64,000 nucleotides of DNA from an uncultured virus (IMG/VR IMGVR_UViG_3300033753_000202). Lineage: Duplodnaviria; Heunggongvirae; Uroviricota; Caudoviricetes. The position numbers were made by a program, and so were the translations under genes. The notes below the pieces were generated by a model, which worked only from the letters and a program-made list of their open reading frames with translations, was not told the DNA's origin and searched no databases. Positions 1-8,881 of this stretch are shown here, in pieces. Numbering within the stretch: the first letter of the stretch is position 1; every line of letters starts with the position of its first letter. The stretch lies in IMG/VR virus record IMGVR_UViG_3300033753_000202; one strand, given 5' to 3'.

Positions 1-10
1 GGTTATTGTT

Positions 11-493
11 ATGTTGGAGTCCGCTATCGGTGATATTACGCAAATTCGTGGGGTTGAGTACATCTGCAACGCGGCAAATCCGCAGGGGATCATGGGTGCT
101 GGTGTGGCTGGAGCCATCGCTCGGGCGGCGGGCGAACGTTTTCTTGAAGAGGTTCGTCGTGTCGCGCAGACTTACCGAGTGAAAGCGGGCGGTATCTATG
201 TTACTTCTGCTGGAAATCTCCCTTATCGTGGGATTATTCATTTGGCTTCTGTTCCTGCTCCCGGACGGCATTCGACTTACAGTATTGTGGAGTCGTGCTT
301 GAGGAATTTGGTGCAGTTTGCATCTTCTTCGCAGGCTACGGCGATAGCCCTGCCGCTTCTCGGCACGGGGGTAGGAAGACTTGATCCAGCACAGCTTAAG
401 TCGTTGTATCAGAAGTATTTGCAGGAGCATCGAACGCGCTTTGTGGTGGTCGAGTTTAACCCTGCTGTCTATGAAGCTTTTGTCAGGGGGTAG
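11..493 (+). CDS. Macrodomain (Appr-1-p processing / ADP-ribose-binding) protein
   Basis: Motifs GDIT, ICNAAN, GAGVAGAI, IIH and IALPLLGTGVG are typical of macrodomains; 160 aa. Confidence 0.9.
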   Translation: MLESAIGDITQIRGVEYICNAANPQGIMGAGVAGAIARAAGERFLEEVRRVAQTYRVKAGGIYVTSAGNLPYRGIIHLASVPAPGRHSTYSIVESCLRNLVQFASSSQATAIALPLLGTGVGRLDPAQLKSLYQKYLQEHRTRFVVVEFNPAVYEAFVRG

Positions 494-645
494 TGTTCGG
501 TGTATTTGGTCGAAGATTGTTTTGGTAGTCTGTATTTGACGGATACCAATACCCACGAGTGATTACGGAGTTGGTGGAACCTGCGATTTCCTTTAGCCAT
601 CACGACGGGTTTGGTACCTTACCAACTTAAAAGAGGTGATTCATT

Positions 646-1083
646 ATGGATCAGGTTTTGGCATTCGTTGAGGAGAATTATTTGTACTTGATGGGTATTT
701 TGCTTGTCGCTTTTATTCTTGTGCGTATTATCAAGAGTGTGATTAAGTGGCTTCTGTTGACGCTGATTGTATTCGGCGTGGCGGTATGGGGGTATGTGTA
801 TGTACCGGAGGAGGTACGGGAAGCACCGAAGGAAGTTGCTAAGACATTAGCGCAAGAACAGGTTGACAAAGTATTGGCATCCATTGTTACTGCAACGAAT
901 CTTGATGTTTCTCTCCGTGACGATGGGACGTACATTTTGTCTGCTCGGGTTTATTCTGAGGGTGTGGATATTTTGCTTACTGGGAAACCGGGTTCGGACA
1001 AGGCGACGTTGTATATTGGTAAGGTCAGCAAAGAAGTTAAATTGAGCAGTCAACTTATCAAGTTTATCCAGTCGAAGCTGTAA
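646..1083 (+). CDS. Hypothetical membrane protein (2 N-terminal TM helices)
   Basis: RBS AGAGGTG; two hydrophobic segments followed by a soluble domain. Confidence 0.75.
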   Translation: MDQVLAFVEENYLYLMGILLVAFILVRIIKSVIKWLLLTLIVFGVAVWGYVYVPEEVREAPKEVAKTLAQEQVDKVLASIVTATNLDVSLRDDGTYILSARVYSEGVDILLTGKPGSDKATLYIGKVSKEVKLSSQLIKFIQSKL

Positions 1084-1107
1084 CATTTCCACTAGGGGGT
1101 TATTTCT

Positions 1108-1983
1108 TTGCGGCAGTACTTGGATCATTGTCGGCAGATCCTTGAGCAGGGTGCGGTTCGTGGGGATCGAACGGGTACTGGTACGATCTCACACTTTGGT
1201 GGGCAAGTCGAGTATGACTTGTCGGAAGGTTTTCCGCTCATGACCACCAAGGACATGAGGGAAAACTTCCCACGCATCGTTCACGAGTTGGCGTGGTTTT
1301 TGAAGGGGGATACGCATCTTCGTTATCTTCTGCAAAACAACGTCAACATTTGGACACCTGATGCACATCGTGTGTATCGTCAGCGTGGTGGAACGCTTTC
1401 GCTTAAGGAGTTCAAGCAAAGGCTCCGGGAGGATGAACAGTTCCTTAATGACAATGGGGAACTCGGACCAGTTTATGGGAAGCAGTGGCGTTCGTGGGGT
1501 ATTGAAGGAATCGATCAACTCTCGATAGCTTTGGATCAGATCAAGAATGATCCTTCTTCTCGTCGCATTATCGTTTCGGCGTGGAATGTGTCCGATCTCG
1601 ATCAAATGGCACTCCCGCCGTGCCATGTTTTGTTCCAGTTCTATGTTCAAGATGGGCTTTTGTCTTGTAAGTTGTATCAACGGTCAGCAGACATGTTCTT
1701 GGGGGTACCGTTCAACATCGCGTCCTACGCGTTACTCGTCCATTTGATCGCGCATGTGACGGGGTTGAAGCCGGGTCGGTTCATTCACACCTTTGGTGAT
1801 GCTCATATTTATCTGAATCACGTCGAGCAAGTGAAAGAGCAACTGCGCCGCGAGCCTTTCCCGCTCCCGACGCTTCGTATCGATCCGCAACTTACTGATC
1901 TGTTTGACTTTGATCCTGCGTGGGTCACCCTTGAAAATTATAAGCACCACGGGGCGCTTCGTGGTGCTTTGTCGGTGGGTTGA
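1108..1983 (+). CDS. thyA: Thymidylate synthase
   Basis: [32 protein letters not shown], catalytic [36 protein letters not shown] start. Confidence 0.97.
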   Translation: MRQYLDHCRQILEQGAVRGDRTGTGTISHFGGQVEYDLSEGFPLMTTKDMRENFPRIVHELAWFLKGDTHLRYLLQNNVNIWTPDAHRVYRQRGGTLSLKEFKQRLREDEQFLNDNGELGPVYGKQWRSWGIEGIDQLSIALDQIKNDPSSRRIIVSAWNVSDLDQMALPPCHVLFQFYVQDGLLSCKLYQRSADMFLGVPFNIASYALLVHLIAHVTGLKPGRFIHTFGDAHIYLNHVEQVKEQLRREPFPLPTLRIDPQLTDLFDFDPAWVTLENYKHHGALRGALSVG

Positions 1984-1996
1984 GAGCGCCCCCATT

Positions 1997-2025
1997 TGCT
2001 AGGGGTGCTTAAGCTACCCCTAGCA
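1997..2025 (+). terminator. Inverted repeat after thyA (possible terminator)
   Basis: TGCTAGGGGT-GCTTAAGCT-ACCCCTAGCA stem just after the stop codon; no strong U-tract. Confidence 0.45.
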
Positions 2026-2289
2026 TATGCGCTTCTTCGCGGAAATTTGCTAGTCCTACAGAAAAAAGTTTCCGTGGGCGTGACTTCATAATTACTTCAT
2101 AATCACTTTGAACCTACATCGCACCTACTTTGAGGGTTTGTCTCTCGAGGTAGGTGCTTGTCTTTTGACTGTAACAAAATTTTAAGCCATTTGGGACTTC
2201 GTCTTGACCGTTTCAGAGTCGAGTTGTAATATTTAGGTTGAACGTAGCTTAATTGTAGCTCATTCTTGCTTTGGGTGGTGATGTGTTAA

Positions 2290-2682
2290 GTGACGGAAGA
2301 ACCTCAACGAATGTCGCCTTCGCGAACCACACCGGAGCCTTTGGGCAGAATGAAACGCCATACTCGCTCTTGCATCTTAGCGCTCTTTCATCAGCATAAT
2401 GCACGAGAGGACTATGAAGAGCGGTATCCTTGTTACTGTGAGGAGTGCGAGGGTTGGGGGTACATCCACTACTTACCGGACATTGATTTGGACTTACTGC
2501 TCGATGCTCCAAAGGAAGTTTTCAATCGACAGTACTGTCGTTGTGTCCTTACTGGAAAATGTCCACGTTGTGGGACGGATGATGCTTTTGATCTAGAATC
2601 GGGTGACTGCGAGGAGTGCGGATTTGTTTTAGGTAAAACTGAAGGTATGCCCCTACGTCATCAGTGTAGTTGTTCAGAATAA
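2290..2682 (+). CDS. Cys-rich putative zinc-binding protein
   Basis: Several CxxC pairs (CEEC, CPRC, CEEC) plus CxC motifs; GTG start after GGTGGTG; candidate promoter TTGACC-17-TAATAT at 2204-2232. Confidence 0.65.
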   Translation: MTEEPQRMSPSRTTPEPLGRMKRHTRSCILALFHQHNAREDYEERYPCYCEECEGWGYIHYLPDIDLDLLLDAPKEVFNRQYCRCVLTGKCPRCGTDDAFDLESGDCEECGFVLGKTEGMPLRHQCSCSE

Positions 2683-2821
2683 AGATCGATAATCAGGGGT
2701 AGCGAAACTTTTTTCGGGAACCTCTGTTTTCTTTTCCTACCGAAAGAGGAATTGTACTTATAAAAGTACATTCTTCTTTCGGGAGGTGTGTCTTTTGAAG
2801 AAATCTCAAGGAGGCTTTAAC

Positions 2822-4927
2822 ATGGAAAACGTTGTTCTGTCTAAGGATGTTTTTTCTAAGGATGCACAGGATGTCTCAAAATTTCCGATGAATCGGGAGG
2901 AGCGCCGCATCCTTCGTAGGTTGGCAAGTAAAGATCCTGAACTGGCGGATTTGTTGTCGGATGTTTTGGACAAGCCTGCTGTGAAGCGCACGGTCGACCT
3001 TAAGACGCGGATTAAGCGCTTGTCGGATAAGTCTCGGGCTGTTAGGACGTTCTTTACTCTGTTGGAGTCGGAACAGACTGATGCAGGAATCTTGCTTAAA
3101 AAATCTGACGATGACGAGTCTTTGATTAATCCTTGCTTTACCGGACTTAATTTGACGCTGTTTTTCTCGGCATATATCGCGGCACATTTGGATGTTGTAT
3201 GTAATGATGACTCGTTGCGGGGGTACATCGACAACTATCCGGTAGTTAATGTAGAGACTTTGCCGCCCATGATGCCTATGCAGTATGAGACGATGGTTTC
3301 AACTATTAAACTATATTCCATTCTTCGGGAATGTGAAACCACTGGCAAGCGCGATTTCCTCAATCGTTTGGGGCATACGATGTTCCGCGAGGCATATAAG
3401 GAGGTTAAAAACCAACGCCCTACGGACAAGACGTTTCTTCTGCGGGAGACGCCCGGATTGACGATTTATCCGTCTGTGGTCAATATGTTCTTCTGTGCGT
3501 ACTATGTGGCATCTCAGGGGCATAAGTATTTTCGCGTCTTCTGTCAGACTTTGGAGGAAGCCGCATTGTTCATATCTCCTGAGTACAATAAGGCAGTTCG
3601 GGAGGAACGGCTCGATTCACTTAAGTCGGGCAGGAAGTTGGACTTTCTTGAAAATTTCAAGGAAGCTTTGTTTGAGACGTTACCGGAGTACGATTATCGG
3701 ATGTCGGAGTTGGAAAGTAAGTCTAAGGAAGATGGGGACTCCAAAGAAGCTTCTTCCTTCGGTTGCGCTTTTGGTAATTTTGCGTATAACCACTCTGTCT
3801 ATCGGGGGTATGAGTTCTATCGCCGGGTACGAAGAATGTTGTTGCAACCTGCGATATCGGAATTTGAGAGCAAGTTGAAGTCTCTCCCTAACGTGGAGAA
3901 GGTCGGCATGTCTTTGGTTAAGTCCAATTTGGATGATGACTTTGCCGCCTATGAAAAGCATTATGAGGAGGCAAAGAACGCCGCCGATAAGATTCGGAAC
4001 TCTCGCGGATCGTATATTTATCTGGCGTTCCAAGAATTGATGTCGCTCATGGAAGTTCGCTATTTGCCAGATTTGTTCACGCTCTCGATTGGTGATGAAA
4101 TCATTGAAAGGTTCGAGAAAGCGGTCAATTTGTTTTACTCCCGGTATGGGGGTCGTCGGTTCACCGAGCAGGAGTTGTTGATTTTCTTCTTTGCGATGAT
4201 CTATATTGATGTCGTCGCGGAGAACTATCTGCGGGTTGTGGATCGTAATCTTCGGATGGATGTGGGGGTGGATAATTATGCTATCCGCTATTATGACTTG
4301 AAGGATAAGGCGGAGGCTTTGGAGTCGGAGTTGGAGCAAAAGAATGCGGAAATTGAGGAACTCAAGCGGAAATTGGCTCAAGCTAATCAAACTGTCAATA
4401 GCTTGACTTCTCAATGCGAAGGTTTGCGGGAGGACAACCGCTCTCTTGCAAAGGAAGTTGCACAGCTTCAACGGGAACAGGAGTCTTTTGAACAGGAGAA
4501 GCAACGTCTTCATTCCAAGATTTCGTCGTTGGAGGCGGAGTTGGAGGAGTTCTATAATCAGGATAGCGAGGACACTGAGACTGAGGCTACTTACGAGGAG
4601 ATGATCGAATTCCTTCGCGGGCTTGATGTGGGTATTTATGGGGGTACTGTTAAGTGGGCGAATCGGGTTCGTGAGGTCTTTCCTAGCTTTCGCTGGTTGG
4701 AGTACACCAACAATGCACAGACGAACATCGACTACATAACGAGTCGGGATTTTGTCTTTATCAATCCGCGTACCATTGGGCATGCGATCTCGGAGCGGGT
4801 TCAACGCGAAGCGTCTAAGTATTGTCGGGTTCTCCATTGGAGCGGCGGTTTTGAGGAGTTTGTTAAGGAGATGTATATCTTCGCTAAGAAGAAGTTGCAG
4901 GAGGAACAGGAGGCACTCTCCAAGTAA
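2822..4927 (+). CDS. Coiled-coil protein with C-terminal DUF2325-like alpha/beta domain
   Basis: RBS AAGGAGG before ATG 2822; long heptad region (LESELEQKNAEIEELKRKL...); C-terminus GIYGG...FVFINPRTIGH resembles DUF2325. Confidence 0.7.
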   Translation: MENVVLSKDVFSKDAQDVSKFPMNREERRILRRLASKDPELADLLSDVLDKPAVKRTVDLKTRIKRLSDKSRAVRTFFTLLESEQTDAGILLKKSDDDESLINPCFTGLNLTLFFSAYIAAHLDVVCNDDSLRGYIDNYPVVNVETLPPMMPMQYETMVSTIKLYSILRECETTGKRDFLNRLGHTMFREAYKEVKNQRPTDKTFLLRETPGLTIYPSVVNMFFCAYYVASQGHKYFRVFCQTLEEAALFISPEYNKAVREERLDSLKSGRKLDFLENFKEALFETLPEYDYRMSELESKSKEDGDSKEASSFGCAFGNFAYNHSVYRGYEFYRRVRRMLLQPAISEFESKLKSLPNVEKVGMSLVKSNLDDDFAAYEKHYEEAKNAADKIRNSRGSYIYLAFQELMSLMEVRYLPDLFTLSIGDEIIERFEKAVNLFYSRYGGRRFTEQELLIFFFAMIYIDVVAENYLRVVDRNLRMDVGVDNYAIRYYDLKDKAEALESELEQKNAEIEELKRKLAQANQTVNSLTSQCEGLREDNRSLAKEVAQLQREQESFEQEKQRLHSKISSLEAELEEFYNQDSEDTETEATYEEMIEFLRGLDVGIYGGTVKWANRVREVFPSFRWLEYTNNAQTNIDYITSRDFVFINPRTIGHAISERVQREASKYCRVLHWSGGFEEFVKEMYIFAKKKLQEEQEALSK

Positions 4928-5185
4928 CCTTTCTGTGATACACGCCTTTCGCATCTTCGTTACGAGGAACTGTCCTTGTAACGGGGTATTTTTCTTTGAG
5001 ATACAAGTTGTTGGGTTGAACGTAATCTTTCCGAATCGGAACGTAAGTCTATTTTATATAGATGCTTCACTTTATGGTTACAGTAGAACCTACATTGGAC
5101 GGGGTACTGAGGTGGAAAGGAATGAGTAAGGTTCCAAGTGTACTCTAACCCAAGTAGTCTTAAGAGGAAAGGAGTTTGACCAGTT

Positions 5186-5512
5186 ATGACTACATCGCCC
5201 ATTTCGCCCATTTCTCGCCGCGAGGTGAAAATCGCTTTCAACAAGCCTATGCATCACCCGAGGCTAGGCACGTATTATCGCGGTTGTTTCACTCTTGATC
5301 TGGACACTTTTATAAAGTTCGTCGGCAACCCGACCAATCCGCGCTCGATGCTTTATCTCGATCCGCGAACCAAGCGAAACTGCTACTTCTTGAACTTGAT
5401 GGGGCGCGACGCTCTGGTGGACTTTTTGCGTAAGCACAACATTCCTTTTGATGCAAACCGGGCTTTCGCTCCCGGTGTCAATTACTACATCGACGTGCGT
5501 CTTCCCGAGTGA
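5186..5512 (+). CDS. Hypothetical protein
   Basis: RBS AAAGGAG; 108-aa ORF in the gene-dense orientation. Confidence 0.7.
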   Translation: MTTSPISPISRREVKIAFNKPMHHPRLGTYYRGCFTLDLDTFIKFVGNPTNPRSMLYLDPRTKRNCYFLNLMGRDALVDFLRKHNIPFDANRAFAPGVNYYIDVRLPE

Positions 5513-5655
5513 TTTCTTCACGGTTCCTTCACCGCCCTTTTCTCCTATATTCGCCCGTGTTCAAATTAGGACTTATCGCAAATCAACTTGATTGGCAGAT
5601 AAGTTCAAGTGTATAAGGGCTTAAAAATAGAGAGAAATAGGGCGGTGAATCATCT

Positions 5656-6726
5656 ATGCTTCGCATCATAGCCACTTTTCGTCCTCTCGGTTCCAAGCAG
5701 ATCGTGGGGTACCGTTTGTTAGTCGAGGACAAAGCTACCTTAGCCAAGCTTCACGCCAGCGGTTATCACTTCAGGGGTAATGTTGGCGACTTTTCGCCGC
5801 AGGAGACCTTTTTCTTGCTGGTCAACTTTGGTTCGATCAATGCCAGCGTCACCAATAATCAAATCACCTTGCTGGATGGTTCGATGGACTCACTCCCGAT
5901 TCTCAATCCGCGGACTGGACAATGCACGGACAATAACAATATTATCGTCCTTGCGTCGATTACCTATAATGATGAGGTCATCGGTTATCGGGTTTGCAAC
6001 TACACGGGAGCTATCGCGCAACTGCGCTATAACGACTTGCTGATCAAAGCCAAGCAAGGTTTCGCGAACGCCAAGATTGTTCATCGCGACGGGAAAGCCT
6101 TCATCTCCGCGATCAGGGGTACTTTCCCGACGACTCCGCTTCGCACCAAGGATGACCATATGCCCCGCGCTGTGATACCGACGGGTTCCAATTATCAAAC
6201 CCTTGTCGATACCACAAAACAGCGTGGAAACGTTAGCATCCCGGTGAAGTATTATGCTGACCCATCTCGCATGCAGACCGATCCGCCCACCAGCACAGGG
6301 CATGTGGCACTTACCGATAAGGGTGAAGTGGTCTATCGGTATCGAAACGAGCATGGTGACCCGAAGTTTGCGGTTGTTCCTAAGAACGTTTTTAATACCA
6401 ACTTCCAGTTGGGGGTAGCGTCGAGCGTCACTAAGCAGGAACTTGCCAACACCCCTCCCGCTCCGGCACCTACGCGAACCAACACCAAATACCTGCGAGA
6501 GGTCACGGAGAAGTATGGGATTGGTACCACCCTTAATGTTTTGTTCTTTCAAGGCACGACCAAACTTGCCGGACAGGTGCGCTTGAATCGCGGGGTAATC
6601 CATTTGCGGTATCGCCCAGATCCGAATGCGGATTTCAAGGTTGTGCAAGTCTCGGAGGCGGACTTCGATAAACACTTCCGTATTCAGGGGGTAATTCAGC
6701 CTAAGCCGCAACCGAAGTCATCTTAA
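5656..6726 (+). CDS. Hypothetical protein; N-terminal domain paralogous to 59875..60357
   Basis: RBS GGCGGTG; shares (G/R)YRLL, IVLxx..xxGYxVxxY and NAxxV motifs with the 59875 protein. Confidence 0.75.
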   Translation: MLRIIATFRPLGSKQIVGYRLLVEDKATLAKLHASGYHFRGNVGDFSPQETFFLLVNFGSINASVTNNQITLLDGSMDSLPILNPRTGQCTDNNNIIVLASITYNDEVIGYRVCNYTGAIAQLRYNDLLIKAKQGFANAKIVHRDGKAFISAIRGTFPTTPLRTKDDHMPRAVIPTGSNYQTLVDTTKQRGNVSIPVKYYADPSRMQTDPPTSTGHVALTDKGEVVYRYRNEHGDPKFAVVPKNVFNTNFQLGVASSVTKQELANTPPAPAPTRTNTKYLREVTEKYGIGTTLNVLFFQGTTKLAGQVRLNRGVIHLRYRPDPNADFKVVQVSEADFDKHFRIQGVIQPKPQPKSS

Positions 6727-6953
6727 CTTTCCTTCCCGCTTTCGTTTTCCACCCCTCCCCATAGTGAGAGGGGTATTTAAGCGAGTAAACGGAAAAACTA
6801 AGGACTAAGCGAGTAAAAATCTCGACTTTCCGTTGAACAGACTTTCTTTATACCGACTATTTTGTTATAATAGGCTCATCAGCTTCCGAGCTAACGCTAA
6901 GTTATACCGAGTCTCTCGGTTATAATAACGCTGTGTTGAAGGAGGGTTTTTCA

Positions 6954-8654
6954 TTGGACATGCATACCGTCTACTCGCTTCAGAATCGGAACTTCTCGGA
7001 TGCGGTTCTGGCGCTGGACACGCCGCTTGTTCGGCAACTTTCGCTTCTCGCACTCCAATCGGGGAAAGAGGGCAAAATTGTCAGCTTCATTATGCGTGAC
7101 CGCGTCTCGAATCGCGGGCAGGTTAAGGAGCGGGGTATTCCGGCATCGGAGAAATCGGTCGTCGATATCTGCAAGCTCACACCTTTGGTCGGGGGTAATG
7201 GCGCAAGCACGCTGTTGGAGGAGATCGCGCTTTATCGCGCCAATACCATCGACTTCAAGCCTTCGAAGGGCGACCTGCGTTCTTATGCGGAACTGTTGAT
7301 GGCGGACTATCTGATGTCCACTGCTCTCTGCTATGTTGAAATCGCCAAGCAGGGGCAAATCCGCGATAAGTTCTTGCTCACGCGCAACCCGCAAATCGCC
7401 GCTATTCTGGCGGACAAGTTGGAAAGCCCGCAGGACGTTGCCAAGTATCAACGCGCTCTTGTTACTTACACGTCGCACTACGAGAACAAGAAGCTCCCGT
7501 ATCTCAAAATCAACCTCAAGAAAACGGGCTTTTCGGTCACGGTTCCGAAAAATCCACTGGACTTTTTGTTCCCGATGAAGATCACACCGCTCTTTTTCAT
7601 CACCACTTTTGTGCAAGAGCTGACGAAGGTTCTGCAGGAGAAGATGGTGCGGGTCACCTTCATCAAGGATGACCTGTATGAGCGTGAGGTGGTCACCACC
7701 CTTAACCGGGAAATCCTCGGCAAGTATTATGACGAGGATTTCATTCAGGTTATGTTCTCGAATGTGGGCACCAACCTCGGTCGGGGGTATATCAAAGTGC
7801 CGGAACTCGGCAGTTCCAAGTATGACGCCACGGGCACCCGTTCCATTAATTTGGCGCGGATCACCAGTGTCAGTTTGGTCGAGACCTTCGACACGCGTTT
7901 CATCAACGTTGACCTGTCGAAAGTCCAGCCCGCTTTCGAGCATATGATCAGCACTTGCACTCGCCCAGAAATTCTGGCGAAGGTTTATCGGGATTTGACA
8001 GGGAATCCGCCGCAAAACACCAATATCTTCGTGTTGAAACAGCACTTGACGGACGAAATTCAGCGTATTGTGGCGGCAACCAGCACGACGGGTCTGCGTG
8101 ACTTGCATCTGTATATGATCGCCAATCCGAATATTTTCGTCAGCTATAACAGCGGGGTACCGATCAACTTCCTCAGTATGATTGACCCGGCTCTCGGTGC
8201 GGTGCATCAACCGACTGGCGCGTTTGGAGTGGATGCCCCGATTCGGACTGGGGGTAATCCAATCAAGCCGCCTTCGGACGTTCCGGTACCGCCGATGCCC
8301 GCGACCGCCGCACCGAATGCGGCTCCGATGTGGGGAGGGGTACCGCGCTCATTGGGTGGTGCGGCTCCAACGGGGCAGAAGCCTGTGAATCCGTATCAAG
8401 CACCGAAGCCCGCGCAAGCGGCTCCTGCGGCTTCGGGAGCGGCTTCGTTTGCGGTTCCTGCGGCGATGGCGGCAAATGCCCCTGTCACTCCGCAAAACGC
8501 GCAAGGCGCTCCAAGCGCCCCGTCCGATCCGTCTGTTCCGGCAACGCCACCATTCTCGCTTGGCGCGGCTCCGAAGTCGCTCGGAGGTGCAACGCCGACG
8601 ACAACGCAGGATGCGGCGAAAGCGGTATCCAAGCTCCCACCGCAGTTCCGTTGA
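6954..8654 (+). CDS. Hypothetical protein with WYL_2/Sm-like beta-barrel-like domain and Pro/Ala-rich tail; paralog of 8882..10576
   Basis: RBS AAGGAGG before TTG 6954 (alternative ATG 6960); VRVTFIKDDLYEREVVTTLN...TRSINLARITSV; low-complexity P/A C-terminus. Confidence 0.75.
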   Translation: MDMHTVYSLQNRNFSDAVLALDTPLVRQLSLLALQSGKEGKIVSFIMRDRVSNRGQVKERGIPASEKSVVDICKLTPLVGGNGASTLLEEIALYRANTIDFKPSKGDLRSYAELLMADYLMSTALCYVEIAKQGQIRDKFLLTRNPQIAAILADKLESPQDVAKYQRALVTYTSHYENKKLPYLKINLKKTGFSVTVPKNPLDFLFPMKITPLFFITTFVQELTKVLQEKMVRVTFIKDDLYEREVVTTLNREILGKYYDEDFIQVMFSNVGTNLGRGYIKVPELGSSKYDATGTRSINLARITSVSLVETFDTRFINVDLSKVQPAFEHMISTCTRPEILAKVYRDLTGNPPQNTNIFVLKQHLTDEIQRIVAATSTTGLRDLHLYMIANPNIFVSYNSGVPINFLSMIDPALGAVHQPTGAFGVDAPIRTGGNPIKPPSDVPVPPMPATAAPNAAPMWGGVPRSLGGAAPTGQKPVNPYQAPKPAQAAPAASGAASFAVPAAMAANAPVTPQNAQGAPSAPSDPSVPATPPFSLGAAPKSLGGATPTTTQDAAKAVSKLPPQFR

Positions 8655-8657
8655 TCG

Positions 8658-8682
8658 GAAGGGGAGGAAGACCCTCCCCTTC
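8658..8682 (+). terminator. Stem-loop, likely intrinsic terminator
   Basis: GAAGGGGAGG-AAGAC-CCTCCCCTTC immediately after the stop codon. Confidence 0.65.
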
Positions 8683-8881
8683 TTACCTAGTGGGGTACTG
8701 TCCATTTGGTACGGAAACATTCGAATCCTGTTTGTGTTACATTTTTCCCAATGGGACTTATCGTTTTGTTCACCCTTTATTTTTCGTCGCATAAGTTCTT
8801 GTACCCTAAGTATAGGGACTAGGACAAGCGGGTATACTCAAAGCAAGGAATTAAAATTTTCAGTAACGGAGGTTGTGTTTC

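Noticed and set aside
499..640. Possible tiny ORF or gene remnant between the macrodomain and membrane genes
   Set aside because: Only about 20 codons before a stop, with no supporting motif.
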